From assembly GCA_030704615.1 (NCBI GenBank), contig CM060732.1, forward strand, positions 14,756,001 through 14,820,000: a stretch of 64,000 bases of DNA, in the 5' to 3' direction. Below, piece after piece: positions 1 to 13,269 of this stretch. Made by a program: the position numbers and the translations under genes. Position 1 is the first letter of the stretch. Each line of letters begins with the position of its first letter. Origin of the DNA: Takakia lepidozioides. Taxonomy: Eukaryota; Plantae; Bryophyta. Under the pieces are notes generated by a model, which saw only the letters and a list, made by a program, of their open reading frames with translations, ran no database searches and was not told the origin of the DNA.

Positions 1-235
1 CAGGTTCCAAGGAGAAGGGAGGATGCCTCAAGGATTGGACGTGCTTCTCAAGATTTTGCATTAGTAACCATGCTTTGCCCATTACTGGTTGCTTCCCATC
101 AAACTCCCGCAAAGACGATTAACACCGGCTCTACCATATAAACAAAGTTTTCACATTTCTTCCAAAAATCGCTGCGAATGTTATTTCGAACTTTTCGACT
201 TTTGCCCAATGACGTGTCTGCGTTGGGCCTATTAC
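1..235 (-). pseudogene. hAT (DUF659-type) transposase fragment, frameshifted, runs off window start
   Basis: Stitched minus frames read ..FWKKCENFVYMVEPVL / LREFDGKQPVMGKAWLLMQNLEKHVQSLRHPPFSL, resembling the FW..(V)EP+..LR..DG..P.MG segment of plant hAT transposases. Confidence 0.6.
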
Positions 236-619
236 TCTCATTTTGGAACTATTGTGTAGCGCGTAGGAAGAAGAGCCTGGAAACACGACCAAGATAGGGC
301 ATTCTTTTTTAAAGATGGAGGCGGTGGTAGGACAGAGTGTAGAATGAGGATTAATGAGCAAAAGAGAAAACATGTAGTGTACCGCTGAAGATCATGGTGT
401 GGAAAAAGAAGTGGAATATTGGGGTATTTGGGTTTTCGGAAGCGAGAGGGAGTTGGTCATGACAAACTTGTATGCATCCGGGTAGGGCAAGATTTACTTG
501 ACCACTGATGATGAAACCAGGGATAACACATTGTCTACTCAAGGTTGGGCCAGTGAGTTCAGGCTATGAGCTACCTACTGGGCTGACTACATCTCTTTGC
601 AAAAGTCTCAAAACATCTT

Positions 620-1800
620 ATCCTGCTCACCAAATCCTGGTCAACATTCTGAGATTAGTTAACTCGGCCCCTCAGAGCTGACCCGGGGTTATCAGCATGG
701 TATACTGACCATTTGCATTGCAGAGATGTTTGGGCAAGCACATGGTGTATGCAAAATGAAATTAAGCTCTTTGATTTCATGTGTGTGCTCCTCTGTGCTT
801 TTCTCTTCACTGCAATACAGGGTGCATGACAGTATCTTAGGTTTGAACTAAGGAACAATTTAAAGAACCCAATGGTCTAATGTTCCAAAGAACGAGTGCA
901 CTTCAGTGTATGCAGTGCCTAAGGTAGCTTGACTCAAAGAAGATAAGCTAAATGCAAGTAGCATGTGTCCTACTGACGGACAGGCCAATATACCCTCGTA
1001 CGTACTGGGACAATATTCTTCAGAGAGACAGAAAAGACTCTGGCAGAAGCTAGTGTAAGTAAGAGCCCCTTCCACAGTTTCCAAAGGTTAAAGTGGCAGC
1101 CCCAACCAATTCCAGTGTCAACATCTCTCTCCATGTATCCAGTCTGTCAACTTTCAAGTAGCCTCTTCACAAGGACTTCCAAATATACAATCACTTCTGG
1201 AATGCTTACTCAGATGTTGTGATGCAAGAGAATCTGGAGCTGGCCTCTTCATCCTTAGCTGCACAACAATATACAGAACATCGGTTTTACGGAGTTATTG
1301 AACACATGACTCAAAGAGCTCACCAAAATGCGCTATTTGGAAGAAAAGAAAAAAGGTGGGGGGAGGGGGCTTAAGAGAGGAGACCAGGAGACTTATTCCA
1401 TTTACCATCCCAGGAATGGCAAATGTAGTGCAGACACCACACCTGCAACCTTTCAGCAAAAAACACTTACGGGAGCACCATACTCACTTTCTGTTCTGTC
1501 CGCTCATAGAACTGCCTCAGAAGAATGTTTGTGGCTTCTGTTGATATCACTGCACCCCACATGTACTGTCAATTACCACAAGCACTCTTATGTTCAGCAG
1601 AATTACAATCCTATTGCCAGTGTGTTTTCTGAGAATAACATCAGCTGCAGGCATTTGGCTTTCAAGTTGCCAATCCCCTGGCACCAGATTCACAACAGAA
1701 GACATCTCAAATCCAGGCTAAGACCCAACAGCTACCTAGGGGTAAAGGACCCAAAAACACTAAATTACCACAATGGAGATGAACATAGGGGAGAATGCTT
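620..1800 (-). pseudogene. Highly degenerate LINE reverse-transcriptase region
   Basis: Weak remnants on minus strand (e.g. ..RKHTGNRIVILLN resembling PK..NWRPITLLN; GRVN near 660); many stops. Confidence 0.3.
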
Positions 1801-4069
1801 TTGACAAGCCAGCAGGAAAACTATCAAAAGTCAAGTCAAGCTTGTTACATCCAGTGTTGTGTGCATGTGGGGGTGTCAGAGAGAGATTGACCATTTGTGA
1901 ACTTTGGCTATGACATACCCTTGCGGGCAGAGCCCCTGCGGGGTATTATTACCCGGCAGTCAGTCATGCAGCTTCAGCCACTGTGCATGTTGTAGAGCCT
2001 TGGGCCATAGACCCGATTGCTCAGAACGTGAGGGGGGACAGGAGGAGACAGAAAGCCCTCGACCAGTCTATATATCCAGGAGTGTGACTTACCTTTAAAG
2101 TGAATTTTTGTTCTGGACAGTCTCCACCCAAGAATTAAGAACCAAAACAGCTTTCAGCATCCTCTTGAGGGTCTCCCGAGCAAACTTTTAGTACAAAGGT
2201 TTGCAACCTACTCTCAGCTTGAACTTCTCCCTAATGCCCAACGTGTGAAGGCCCTTTATGTGATCCTGTATTCATTAAAGACTCTAAAGAAGCTGAGAGT
2301 AGGTGATGCTACTGCAGCTTCTCCACTTGAGGAGCATTCCCTCAGCTGCCTTTACTAATGTTGGCTAAAATCTTGTCCACTGACTCCCTCAATTTCATCT
2401 ACCCTATAACTCAATCTGTTTGACAAGATTTTGCTTCTAAGCAAGTTCACAATTTCGGGGTGTCTTGCACCGAGTTTGGGGAGCAGCCCAATCTTACAGC
2501 AACACTAGCAGTCCTGGAGGAAGTTCAAAAAACTACCTAAGGGCACTATGTTGTATGGGTTTGAGCTACCCTATCCTTGGAGCTGACCTGGAGTACATAA
2601 GTGGTTTCAAGAGCTGGAGCAACACAGATCATTTTGCTCCTTGAACATTGCCCCTGCAGTGGAGCAACTAGATGGAGACATCTTAGTGATGGGTAAAAGG
2701 AGTCTCCCCAATCACAAAAATTATGCTTGCTAAGGAAGGCTTCCCCAAGGAATACCAGTAGGTGAAACTTCTCTTAACATGCAGCATCTGCAGTTCCAAG
2801 TGTCATGTGAGAAAGCTCCAAAAGCAGTCCGAGGCTCTGCTGACTTTGGACAAGTGTCATAGCATTGACATTATTGGCGGTATTTCAAGATGATTGGTAA
2901 AACATCCTACTCATGAATGGAAAAGTACACCTACGTGGAGCAGACCAGGATTGCCACAAGGTAGGACATCATCTAAGGACTACGCATGCACACAGACAGT
3001 ACTTGATGTTGTGCTCCTTCTATCCAGAAGACAACTTTGTCTACCAGGAAGCAGCACATGCCCCACAACCCTAGTCTTGTCACTTGCACAGAGCACTTCA
3101 GCAGGCAGGTGGAAGGAAATGAGGAGTATAGCGTATGTACCTTGATGGGGAGGAGGTGTTGTCCGATTATGGGTGGGACAGTAAGTGGCCGCTGTCAATT
3201 GCTGCACCCAAACCATGCTGCATATCATTCACCCTTCCTAAATTTGTGACATTCATAGACTTGCTACAGCCTATCCCATTATTAGCTGAAAGTGCCTCCT
3301 ACTGGGGATACAGCCTCAGCGAACGAAGCACATTTTGATTAAAAGATGAAACTCAAACATTTCACAAGAAACAGTGGGAAAGATGCTCTTCCATCCTTCC
3401 TGGTGATAGCCATACGTCCAGAATCTCAGGTGCTGATATTGCCTATGCTTTCTTCTATAACTTGGTCAACTTCTTGTGCATGTGTTGGTGAGACACACAG
3501 TCTCAGGAAAGCTTTTGTATGTTATTAAGATGACCCACTTGCTCGCAATTCTTCGTACTGTCCTTCAGAGTTCGGGCCCCACTTTCAGAGCGATAACGCC
3601 TCCGTTATGACGATACCCTAAACATACAGCTAAATATAAAGTGACATTTTCTTGGGTAACTCGCAGTCAACTAACATATGCTTATCATGTGGTGACCTTA
3701 AAACTCCACTAAAGTGCAAGAATGGAAGATGAACGATGCTAGGGTCAATTCACAAAGTGAACAACGATGACAATTCTAGAATCTCCACTGTGGGAACATA
3801 CATCGTAAGCGGGAATTCATTCGGCGAGCGAACAAGTTTCCACATCTTGGACAATACCCTTCAATTCACTGTTACCGCCTGCTCACAATCCAGGACAAAG
3901 AATGGACTCACCAAGGTATGAGAAGGATCAGAGGATCGCAATTGAGTAAAATTGTGTGGATTATACGATGGCCAATCTCCGAGCAACGATCCCATGTTTG
4001 CTCTCTTCTCTGCCTCCCACTCTTGCTCCTTAAAATGACCTCCGTACTACCCAGTATAAATCACATGCA

Positions 4070-4950
4070 TCATAGAACAGCTGGAAACCTGGGAAGATAC
4101 AATGAAAATTGGAGAAATATTGTGACCTGGCAGGTGATAATCATACTGGGTAACCCTTCCCCCCTTCTGAGTGTTGGTAGAGGGTGAGCGGGCCAAAATT
4201 TAGGTGAGAATAAGCCAAGAGTGAATATTATGTATAGGGGAAGAGCGGCTGGTGGGCCCTTCCACCGTTTAAAAGAAAGCGTGAATGCAAGGGCGGTAGC
4301 CCGAGTAGCCCGCCGGAGTTCACGTATAGGGTAATGCCCTGATTGGAGGGCATTCCAGGCTTTAACCCCTAATGGACGAGTCGACCTGAATCGGGTCAAT
4401 TGGATATTTCGACCGTACGGTGGGCCCCTTGGCTGAATCTGGCCTTGAATGGAAGTTGTAGCCCTTGAAATTCTGCGCCGGACAGAATTTTTTGGAGAGA
4501 GAGATGACTCCGGCCGAGGCCGGCGTAACTAAGAACCACTTTGCCTTGCGGCTATTGCCCCCTTTCGGGGGTGGGCCCTATACAAAAACTAATGGGTGCC
4601 CGGAGGGCACCCCGTAACTCAGGGGACAGGTGCTCGGAAAGGTACCCCAGGGGTATCGAGTTTCAAGAGCCTGAAGAGATATGGGATTCAAGCTGCCTTT
4701 TGTTGGTAATAATAGCAGTGAGGGAGCGTATCGCAACCAGGTGGATAGCCTTGAAGCATTTGTGTATAGGAGAGATATGAATTTTGAAGTTATTGTGAAG
4801 GGCAGAGATACTAGCATTGTGGATGTCGCTACAGGAAATCTGCGTGGGTAGATGGTCAACTGGAAACAACAGCGGCAGCAGCACTCATAGATCCATCATG
4901 TCGACGTAGGAGTAGCTTATGGATGTGCCAAACAACATGGTTATGTCGAG
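4070..4950 (-). pseudogene. Degenerate LINE ORF1-like remnant
   Basis: FTLSFKRWKGP...FTLGLFSPKFWP resembles plant L1 ORF1 (L.RW.P..L.GLP..W). PTLRR..LPSMIITCQV is echoed at ~490-555 (PTLSR..IPGFIISGQV). Confidence 0.3.
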
Positions 4951-4959
4951 TGACACGGA

Positions 4960-5175
4960 GGCCATATGTTTACGTTGGTGGCCCATGTATTGTGCATATC
5001 TGAATTTGAGGGTCTGTTTTATTTGGGCATCGGTGGCGAGATTAGTGTGCCAGAAGTGATTAGACAGCTTATGGTGTAGCACATCGGGTTGCGTCCATTT
5101 CTGGATGTGTAGCTTATTGTGGCTTGTAGAGGAGGAGGCTTGTTTGCTGGCTTCTCGAATAAGGGAATTTATTGC
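4960..5175 (-). pseudogene. Non-LTR retrotransposon C-terminal fragment (RandI/Dualen-like post-RNase H region)
   Basis: IQKW...HKLSNHFWHTNLATDAQIKQTLKFRYAQYMGHQRK, recalled as similar to algal/bryophyte RNase H-bearing LINEs; not search-verified. Confidence 0.4.
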
Positions 5176-6894
5176 ACTCTAATTAGACAAATCCTGCGCC
5201 GTCAGGATTTTTTGACGTGATGACTCGTACCCAAAATCCAATGGTTTTGGAACCTCCATGGGCTTTGACCTAGCCACATGGCAGGCAAAATGGGTGTCAG
5301 TGGCCCGATGCCAGCGATCGGGTGCATGCAGGGTTGGCATGTCCGCCCGTGCGGACACAGGGATGTCACCCTGTGGCCAGTGAAGGGTGGCGGCAGCGTG
5401 GAACGGTCTCTCTCTTCTCGCACACAGAGTTTTGGTTCCTGGAGCTTGCAAATTATGGCCCATGTCGTATTTCCTTGGTGCTTTTGTGTACATGTTTTGC
5501 TTGTTCTTCCGTTGATCACCCACATTCGCTTCGCAGGGGGATGTATTTCTTGTGCCATGCCGACTTTTGATTGTAATACAAGTTGTAATTTTTCCTGCAT
5601 GTCGTTTTGTGAACTGCTTTTATGCATTTGGGCTCTTGTGTTTTGTGTGGTAGGGGATGGTTGCAGGGGAGCGTGGTATTTTGGGGTTTCATTTTGCAGC
5701 TGGTTTTGGAGAGTTTGCAAAATTCGACGAGGTACACCTTTCTTTCCTGTGCTCGGGGAAGATGGGCCGTCTGCATTGATTCATTGTGAGGGCTTGCATT
5801 CATTTCATGTGATCTCTGTGCGGTCCCAGGGACTCGTATGGCACCAAAGAGGAAGGAAACTCCTGTGCCTGAGCCACCGTCGCCTCCACCCGAGCTTGCA
5901 GCTGCCGCGGAGGTTATAAGGGAGTGGGCGCTTGAAGAGCAGCACTGCACTCCCGAGCAGTGCAAGGTAATATTGGGGTGTCTGTCTCCTACCTTCCTCT
6001 GTAATTTGCCTCCACCACCATTCGCCAATCGTTGGCCTCGCCACCCTCGTCCTCACAATTTCCGTTTTTTCTGTTTAGACGCCAGGTGGCTCTAATTCTT
6101 GGTTGGAGAGAGAGAAGAGAGGAAGGTGATAAGGAGGGGTTCAGTGACAATGTGAATTATGTTCTTAGAGATGATGTCTGGCCCGATGCCGACAGTCAGA
6201 CGTCTCAAGGATTTGGCTCGTGCAAAGAGGTCGGTTCCTGCAAGTGTGACAGCACCTCCCAAGGGTGTGGTGAGGAAAAAAAGTAAGGGAGTGGTGAATT
6301 CGGGTGTTGTGGGGTGTGTTGGTGGGTCTCTGGGTGGTGCGAGCATGCTTGCCGTGGGTCGGGCTGCTTTGGGGGAGTTGCATCCCAATACTGGTGCACT
6401 GGTTCTTTTTGGGGAGGGGTCTTCTAATCCTTTTTTGGGCCACATTGAGGCCTCATCCGACATAGACGAGGATTTTGAGGGTGACGATGGGTACATGGGT
6501 GACTCTGCTGACGAAGTAGACTGGGAAAACGAGGTGGTTGATATGGAGTGTGATGAGGAACCAACAACATTGCAATCAACACAATCCTCTGCACACAGCC
6601 ACTGATCTTGCGAATGTGATTGAGATTGGATAACATACAGACCATCCCATCAAAGCACAAAAAGAAATAAACATGATGAAAAGCACGTGACATTGTATTA
6701 AGACAATATCTCAAAACCGTCCCTTACAATGCACAAACTCATGAGTCTGTAACGACCATGATTAGAACCAAAAAAAAACCTGTCGCATATGGTTCTTCTG
6801 CACCTAACTTAAACTTCACTCCAAGCCCTAGAATTGCCTCTAAATCAATAGAAATGTCTTCAGTGGACTGAGTTCAACACAAAGAAGTGTAGCG

Positions 6895-7097
6895 AACCTC
6901 AAAGCAGCTGCTTCAGGTTTTATAGGATCAGCAAGAGCAATTGCTCCAATTAGTTCCTTGCTAATTGCAACCAAGACGCCTATTCTTGGGAGAGTCTCAG
7001 TTTCTTGCAAGATATCATAGGCATCTACTGAGATCTCAATGCCAAACTCTGTCATAAGTTTTCGGTTACCAACTAGCACCTCTTTCCCCCCCACCAT
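6895..7097 (-). pseudogene. Isolated fragment of a P1B-type Cu-transporting ATPase (HMA5/RAN1-like N-domain to P-domain)
   Basis: VLVGNRKLMTEFGIEI...GVLVAISKELIGAIALADPIKPEAA matches the plant Cu-ATPase GNRKLM...G(V/I)LVA...G.+.+ADP+K.EA segment; no other exons recognised. Confidence 0.8.
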
Positions 7098-7545
7098 GCT
7101 GCTGCCGCTGCCGTTTCCATGTCTATGGCCATGGCAGTTAACGTCTTATGAGTACATTTCCCCCCCCTCTCCATTTTTTTTTAGTGTAGCTAAGTCCTCG
7201 TAGCACCACCCAGGAATTTGTAGATCCCATTGTTGTGTTGAGAAATCTATCAAAACGGAAGGGTGAATGGATGGACTCATTAGGATATGCCATAAGTAGT
7301 TAAGCTAAACAGCTTCCCTGTATCTTGAGAAGCCATGCCCATTCTTCTCATTTAGAACAGGGGTCATCAGGCCCTGCTTACAACTCTTTAGGCAAAACCC
7401 TAGGTAGCCAAAAATTGCAAGGTAGTGGAGCAGCAACATACCATTGAGGAAGAGAGCCCGGGTCTCAGAATGTGAAGCCACGCACTGTACCACCCAAACA
7501 CAACAAAACCTCACACTACAGCAAATGGGGGGGGGGGGGGGGGGG

Positions 7546-8100
7546 GTTTAGCGACGCCAGCCGCGCCCCCACGCCCCGCGCAGCGCTGAGCCTGCGACGC
7601 CATCCCCGCGCGGTGCCTTCTTGCAACGCCGAAGCGTCGCTACACAGTGCCGAGGACAGGCGGCGACGCCCGGACGTCGCAAGGTTGCATGAAGGGCAAA
7701 AAACAGCCCTTCCTTACGACGTCGGAGCGTCGCCCCCCCAGCGCCGGGGCCAGTCTGCGACGCCGGGACGTTGCAAGGTGGCATGAAGGGCAATAAGGCA
7801 GCCCTTTCTTGTGACGCCAGGTCGTCGCAAGCAAAACAACCCCTCCTTGCGACGCCCGGCCGTCGCAAAGTGGCATGAAGGGCAAAAAGGCCGCTGCGAC
7901 GTCTGGCAGGGCGTCGCAAGGGGGGTATTGCGACGGGTTTTTTCTGCTTGCGACGGATGGGGATCGCAAGAGGGGCTGCCTTTTTCTTTGAGTTAAGGGG
8001 CAGGGAGAGGGGGTGGGGACGGGGGATGGGACTCTAGGGCCCACCTCTCTATTTTTCTTTCTTTGCCCCCTCTCTCTCTCTCCCTCTCTCCATCTCTTTT
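7546..8100. repeat. GC-rich (TT)GCGACG/CGTCGC(AA) subterminal-type repeat block
   Basis: Many short direct and inverted GCGACG motifs; 7912-8095 recurs as a diverged direct copy at 11648-11850; related motifs at 11990-12070 and 18045-18270. Confidence 0.7.
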
Positions 8101-9389
8101 GTGCTGCTCACCAAAAACAAAAAAAACCAGATCTTGTAGATTGTGACCTTCATCGAGACCGCGATGGACATGTGATGGGTGTAATTTTCTGGATATCCCA
8201 TTAACATTTCCACCTCCATGTGATTTCCATAGCGTAGAATCTTGGTGCCAATTTGCATCACTTGCTCCAGTTGCACGTTGTTGCCTTTGTGGGAGTTGTT
8301 TGACATAATCACCTAAGTCGTAGCAGGCATCCATTGTCAGGAGACAACGTTGACATCTAGATACATCAGATAACTTCTAGAGAACCTCGGTGAGTCTTAT
8401 CTCAAATGACATGATCCCCACCATGAAGTGGTGTGTGCTTTGAACTGACAATCATTTTGAAGTTTGAAAGGATCTAGTAAACCTGTCGTTTCACTGGTCA
8501 ATCTGTCCAAAATGATTAGGCCATATTGTCTTTTACTGTTTTGACAAGGCAGACCCTATCTCTCTCTATCTGTCCCTCTCCCTCTTTCTCTCCCTCTCTC
8601 CCTCTTTCATGGTGGGGCGCTAGGCCATCGAACTTTGAAAAACCGTCTTAAGGAAGAAGTGAGACTTGCAACAAACTTCGTCGTCTCTTCCATCAAACCA
8701 TTCTCTTCTTCAAAAGCAAAGTCCATTGCCACTTTAATTACAACGTCTCTGTCATCACAACATCCTCTTTTCAAAAGAAATGTCTAATTCAACTTTCGTT
8801 GCAACAAGCTCCTCTTGGTGTTGTTGCAATGTACCATGGTCTGAGGGTGCACTGCAACTTCTTGTTGTTGTTGTAATGTACCATGGTCTGAGGGTGTGTG
8901 CACTTTAGCTTCTTGTTGTGGACCTTCTTGTAGATTGTGACATTCATATTTGATTATTCTCTTGACGCCACATTTGTATGCGTTGCTCCAACATATTCAT
9001 TGCCTCTGCCTTCTTTCTTGGAAGACTACCATCCACAACCATTGATCAATCATAGATATAAGTTACAATATGCATGTACATGTACAATCAATCGAATGGA
9101 TGGGTACAGTTTGGTCCGAGAATTATTATGTAGCTTTGATTACGTGTCTAATCAACTTGAACATCATCATCCGGAGCTTCTTCATCCTCATCAAGCTGCT
9201 AGTCTTCTTAGTCATCGGAGTCATCGTCATAAATGGCCCAGCCCTCAAAAGGCACCTCCAAATCATCCTCCACCTCGTTTTCAATGGCCGTGTCTTCATC
9301 TCCTTCTCCAACATCCGTATCTGCTGGAGCTTCATCATATAGGGTCCGGGATGCATTCTCCGGGGCGTCATCATCCTCTTATATCCTCT

Positions 9390-10110
9390 CTACCCAACCT
9401 CCAACATCAGCAATTGCCTCACCTCATGGAGATCCGAGACCATGATAGATACGTCTTCCTCTTGGCTAAGCATGCACAACCACCTTCCAATTTCCCCCTC
9501 TTGTTTTGTCATCGGATGCTCCATGTCTAAAGGCCATGAAAAATGCTCATCGGAGGGACGATGAGTAGGGTTGAGCCTATCTGCATTGACGCGCATGAAA
9601 CCACAATCATCTTGCACTAGTGTTGTGGAGGGCCCCACAAGATGTGGCTGGAACCATCTTCCCTTGAAGAGAAGAGGCTAGTACCTTGTATACTGAAGTT
9701 GGAGTATGCTCTCAAGCTCTCCAATGTACTCAAGTTTGCTCATAGCAGGTCGTGTATCTCCCTTGCCCCACACGGAGTCTTGCCAATATGTGGCACTCAA
9801 GCCAGAATCAAACGTTGTTTTGCGCTTCATATCAAGAGCACGAATGCGGAAATAATGACCGTGAACCCAAACCGCCGTGTATGAGGTCGCGAATTGAGAG
9901 GGGCCCCTTGCAATATTTTGCACCATATCTGAAACCACCTCACCTTGAGCAACGACGTCATAAACTGAAGTCCGAAGGCACTGTTGGAATGAACGTAGAG
10001 GCTGCAATGCCATGGGCAAATTTTGTGAAGGAACATTCCGGCAGCCCGCTCCTCGTCGAGGGCGTCTAGTAAGTGGCCTTGGATGGTTCCGCCTCCATGC
10101 AAGCAATGCT
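9390..10110 (-). pseudogene. CACTA/En-Spm TNP2 (TnpD) C-terminal fragment (DUF4216-like)
   Basis: ARGPSQFATSYTAVWVHGHYFRI..DMKRKTTFDSGL...EYIGELESILQLQY, then DDCGFMRVN...SDEHFSWP; matches the CACTA TNP2 C-terminal signature. Confidence 0.75.
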
Positions 10111-10513
10111 AGAGTGTGAGCCTAGCCACGCGAGCCCAGGAGCCTGTGAGCCCAAGAGCCTGACGTGAGCCCAGTCCACATGGCACGAGAATGGGGGGAG
10201 CAGGGTGTATTACCGCGGATGAGCACCTATTACCGCGGAAACACGGCAAACCCTAAGCGAACTGCCATGTTCGTGCAGGGAAACAGGCTTGAGTTAAGCT
10301 GGCGTCATTACCGCGGAAACACGGCAAACCGGCGAAACACTGCAAATCGTAACACCAAACCCTAACCCTAACCCTTAGCAAACTGCCATGTTTGTGGAGG
10401 GAAATAGGGCTGGGAATTAAGTGGACGTCAGGCACATGAGAATTCAAAAAACAAATTAAAAAAAAATTAAGGGAAAAAAGTTTTTTTGTTTTTTTGTTTT
10501 TTTTTGGCCCGGC

Positions 10514-10780
10514 CACTATCGTCGATGATCATCGTGAAATCATGATCATGAAGAAATTGAGTGCGTTGACGCACTCAGTTCTCCACGGGGGAGGGGGGGT
10601 GGAAAAAAAAACAAAAAAAAAACAAAAAAAACACACAAAACAAACAAAACAAACAAACTTTTTTTTCTTGTTTATTTTTTTTATTCCCACCCCCCCCTCC
10701 CCGGCCCGCGGAGAACTGAGTGCGTCAACGCACTCAATTTCTTCATGATCATGATTTCATGATGATCATCGACGACAGTG
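10514..10780. repeat. Foldback inverted repeat (~90-bp arms) with internal GAGTGCGTTGACGCACTC palindromes
   Basis: Left arm from CACTATCGTCGATGATCATCG..; right arm ends ..GATGATCATCGACGACAGTG; third (direct) partial copy at ~11135-11200. Confidence 0.85.
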
Positions 10781-10960
10781 TTGTGTGGGTCTGGATTTTG
10801 ACCCCGGGTACCCGGCGGGTTAGGGTCCGGGTTACCTATCCGGATCCGGACCCACACCAAAAACTCGGACCCTGACCCGGGCTCATTTTTAAGATGAATC
10901 CGGAACCGGACCCGGACCCACTAGCTAGGTCCAGAACCCGTTAAACCCGCTACTTGCGGG
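10776..10960. mobile_element. hAT-type terminal/subterminal fragment
   Basis: Starts CAGTGTTG, with dense ACCCG/CCGGA motifs like the element at 16038. Confidence 0.45.
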
Positions 10961-11026
10961 CCAGAGTTGGTATAGCCATCTTCCCTAGTTCACTAGTTGA
11001 CTTTCTAGAGAGTTCTACTATTGAAG

Positions 11027-11215
11027 GGAAACAGGGCTGGGAATTAAGTGGGCGTGAGGCACATGAGAATTCAAAAAAAAAATTAATGGATTTTTTTTTT
11101 TTTTTTTTTTTTTTTCCCGCCACTGTTGTTGATGTCGTCGATGATCATCGTGAAATCGTGATCATCAAGAAATTGAGTGCGTTGACGCACTCAGTTTTCC
11201 GCAGGGCGGGGGGGA
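11027..11215 (+). repeat. Direct copy of 10400-10590
   Basis: GGAAA(C/T)AGGGCTGGGAATTAAGTGG..GGCACATGAGAATTCAAAAAA and the downstream GATGATCATCGTGAAATC..GAGTGCGTTGACGCACTCAG are repeated. Confidence 0.85.
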
Positions 11216-12429
11216 TGTCTACCGCTCACATATAGGAAGTTGTTGAGTACCACGTTGAAAATTAATATCAATTCATTGTTGTGGTCAAAAAAATTGTAAT
11301 TGATAGGAGGACCTCTTTGTTCTGTTGCTAATCCAACGATATATATACATCTCTTTGCTAGACCTTTCGTACTATTAGAACTGTTTAAACGCACACATTT
11401 AGGTATTACTACCTTATAGGAACAATGACCAGAGAAGGTTGGGGCTTGGTGAGAGTAAGGCCAGGTGGGATCGCGGCTTGGGGCTGGTGGAGGGTGGGAC
11501 CAGCTGCGTGAAGTGCTTGGGGTGGGAGTGCTTACGAAGTAGGGCTGGGGGAATTGGGATCGTTGTGCTTCTAAAGGGGACTCAATATTGCCGTGTTTGC
11601 CATATATTGTCGTGTTTGTCATGTTTGGAAGTTTTTGTCGTGTCGGTCGTGGCAAGGGGGTATTGCGACAGGTTTTTTTTGGCTTGCCACGGCGGGGGGT
11701 GGCAAGGGGGGGCGGTCTTTTTCTTTGAGTTAAGGGGCAAGGAGAGGGGGTGGGGACGGGGGATGGGACTCTGGGGGGGGGGGGGGGGGGGGGCACCTCT
11801 CTGTTTTTCTTTCTTTGCCCCCCCTCTCTCCCTCCCTCTCTCCCTCTCTCTCTTGGTTGTTAATAGATTTGTTTGCAAGATGGCTGTCCCATCCAATATT
11901 TTCAAGGACTTCCACTAATGGAAGATGCGGACTAGTATTGTGAAGTGAGTGTTCTGGGTCAGCTCAAAAACACAAGTCGGAGAGGCATTTTCCCCCTTCA
12001 AACCACCTTGCCACGCCCGAGCGTGGCAAGTGGGGCCGCCCCCTTTGCAACGGCCAGGCGTGGCAAGAAAGGGCTACCTCCTATTCCCGTGGTAGCCTCC
12101 CGACTTGTTTGGAAGACCAGAGTATTGTGGAAGTCGACACCGACTTCCAGATTTAGAAGAACCCCCGAACCTACCTCCGCATCCGAACGTACCTCCAATA
12201 TCCTGTTATCCGGGGACATCTTGGATATTTTAACTGCAAAAATGCCAAAATGCAGCTCCACACGGGCTGAAATGAGGGAATATTCCCCAAACTATGCTCT
12301 GCTCATGTTTATTTTTGCTTCTGCTCATGCTTAAATGTGCTCATGGCTCATAGAAAATACAGACCCCAACGAATCGCACCACGGAGAAACAAAAGTGATG
12401 GTAAAGGGGAGGGGGAAGGGTTTATATAG

Positions 12430-13030
12430 CCAGCGTGGCGGTCGCTTCATTCTAATTAAAAACAAAAACAGCGACCGCCAATGTGGCGGTCGCTTCATTT
12501 TTTTTTAAAAACAAAGACACCGACCACCATTGTGGCGGTCGCTTTATTTACTTTTTTAAAGAATATGACACGACTACAAATATGGCGGTTGCCTCATATT
12601 TTAAAAAAACAAAAATAAGCGACCGCCATATTGACGGTCGCATGATAACTTGAAAATTAAACAATTGGCGTCCGCGATTATGGCGGTCGCTTCATATTTT
12701 TCAAATTAAATGTAGAAGCGACCGCCAGTGTTGCGGTCGCTTAATTGTATTTTAAAGAATGAAGCGACCGCCAAATTGGCGGTCGCTTTATTTTCTGTTT
12801 TGTTATAGTATGAAGCGACCGCCAATTTGGCGGTCCCTTATTTTTCTTAAAAAAAAAATGTAGGGAGGGACTGCCAAATTGGTGGTGGTCGCTCATTTTC
12901 TAAAATAAAAAAAGACAGCGAAAGACAGCTTCATTTTTTGAAATAATCATCATTTTATAGAATAAAACAAAAAAGCGTTCCCCAATGTGGCTATCGCTTT
13001 ATTTTCCTTTAAAAAAAAAAGATTTGCGGT
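12430..13030. repeat. Array of ~10 palindromes GCGACCGCCA-N3-TGGCGGTCGC at ~50-bp spacing (DNA transposon subterminal type)
   Basis: Units at ~12470, 12520, 12570, 12618, 12667, 12717, 12762, 12813, 12865, separated by A/T tracts. Confidence 0.85.
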
Positions 13031-13269
13031 CGCACATTATTAAAAGACTTAAAAAAATTAAATACTGTCCACGTGTGTTTTACACCGTGGATGCCATGTC
13101 ATTAAACAGGATAGAAGTAGATCGTAAAAGTTAAATGTAAAAAAAAATACATGGGTAAACGTCCGGTTTGGATATGACGTGACGTCCGACGCGACGTAAA
13201 CGTGTCAGCACCACGTCACGTCTGGAATGACAACTAGGATTGTGGTAGATTCTTTGGGCTACTTGCTAC

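Noticed and set aside
3530-4060. 2OG-Fe(II)/TET-JBP-like remnant
   Set aside because: No convincing HxD...H motif; many stops in all frames.
5838-6605. Host gene starting MAPKRK plus acidic ORF
   Set aside because: No recognisable domain; the candidate splice at ~5967-6078 runs into a stop; probably TE-derived low-complexity sequence.
7472-8334. Overlapping ORFs in GC-rich repeats (also 11191-12334, 18045-18369, 48805-49499, 52560-53062)
   Set aside because: Explained by GC-rich repeat composition; no protein motifs.
12430-13030. CRISPR array
   Set aside because: Repeats are degenerate, spacers are low-complexity A/T tracts, and there are no cas genes.
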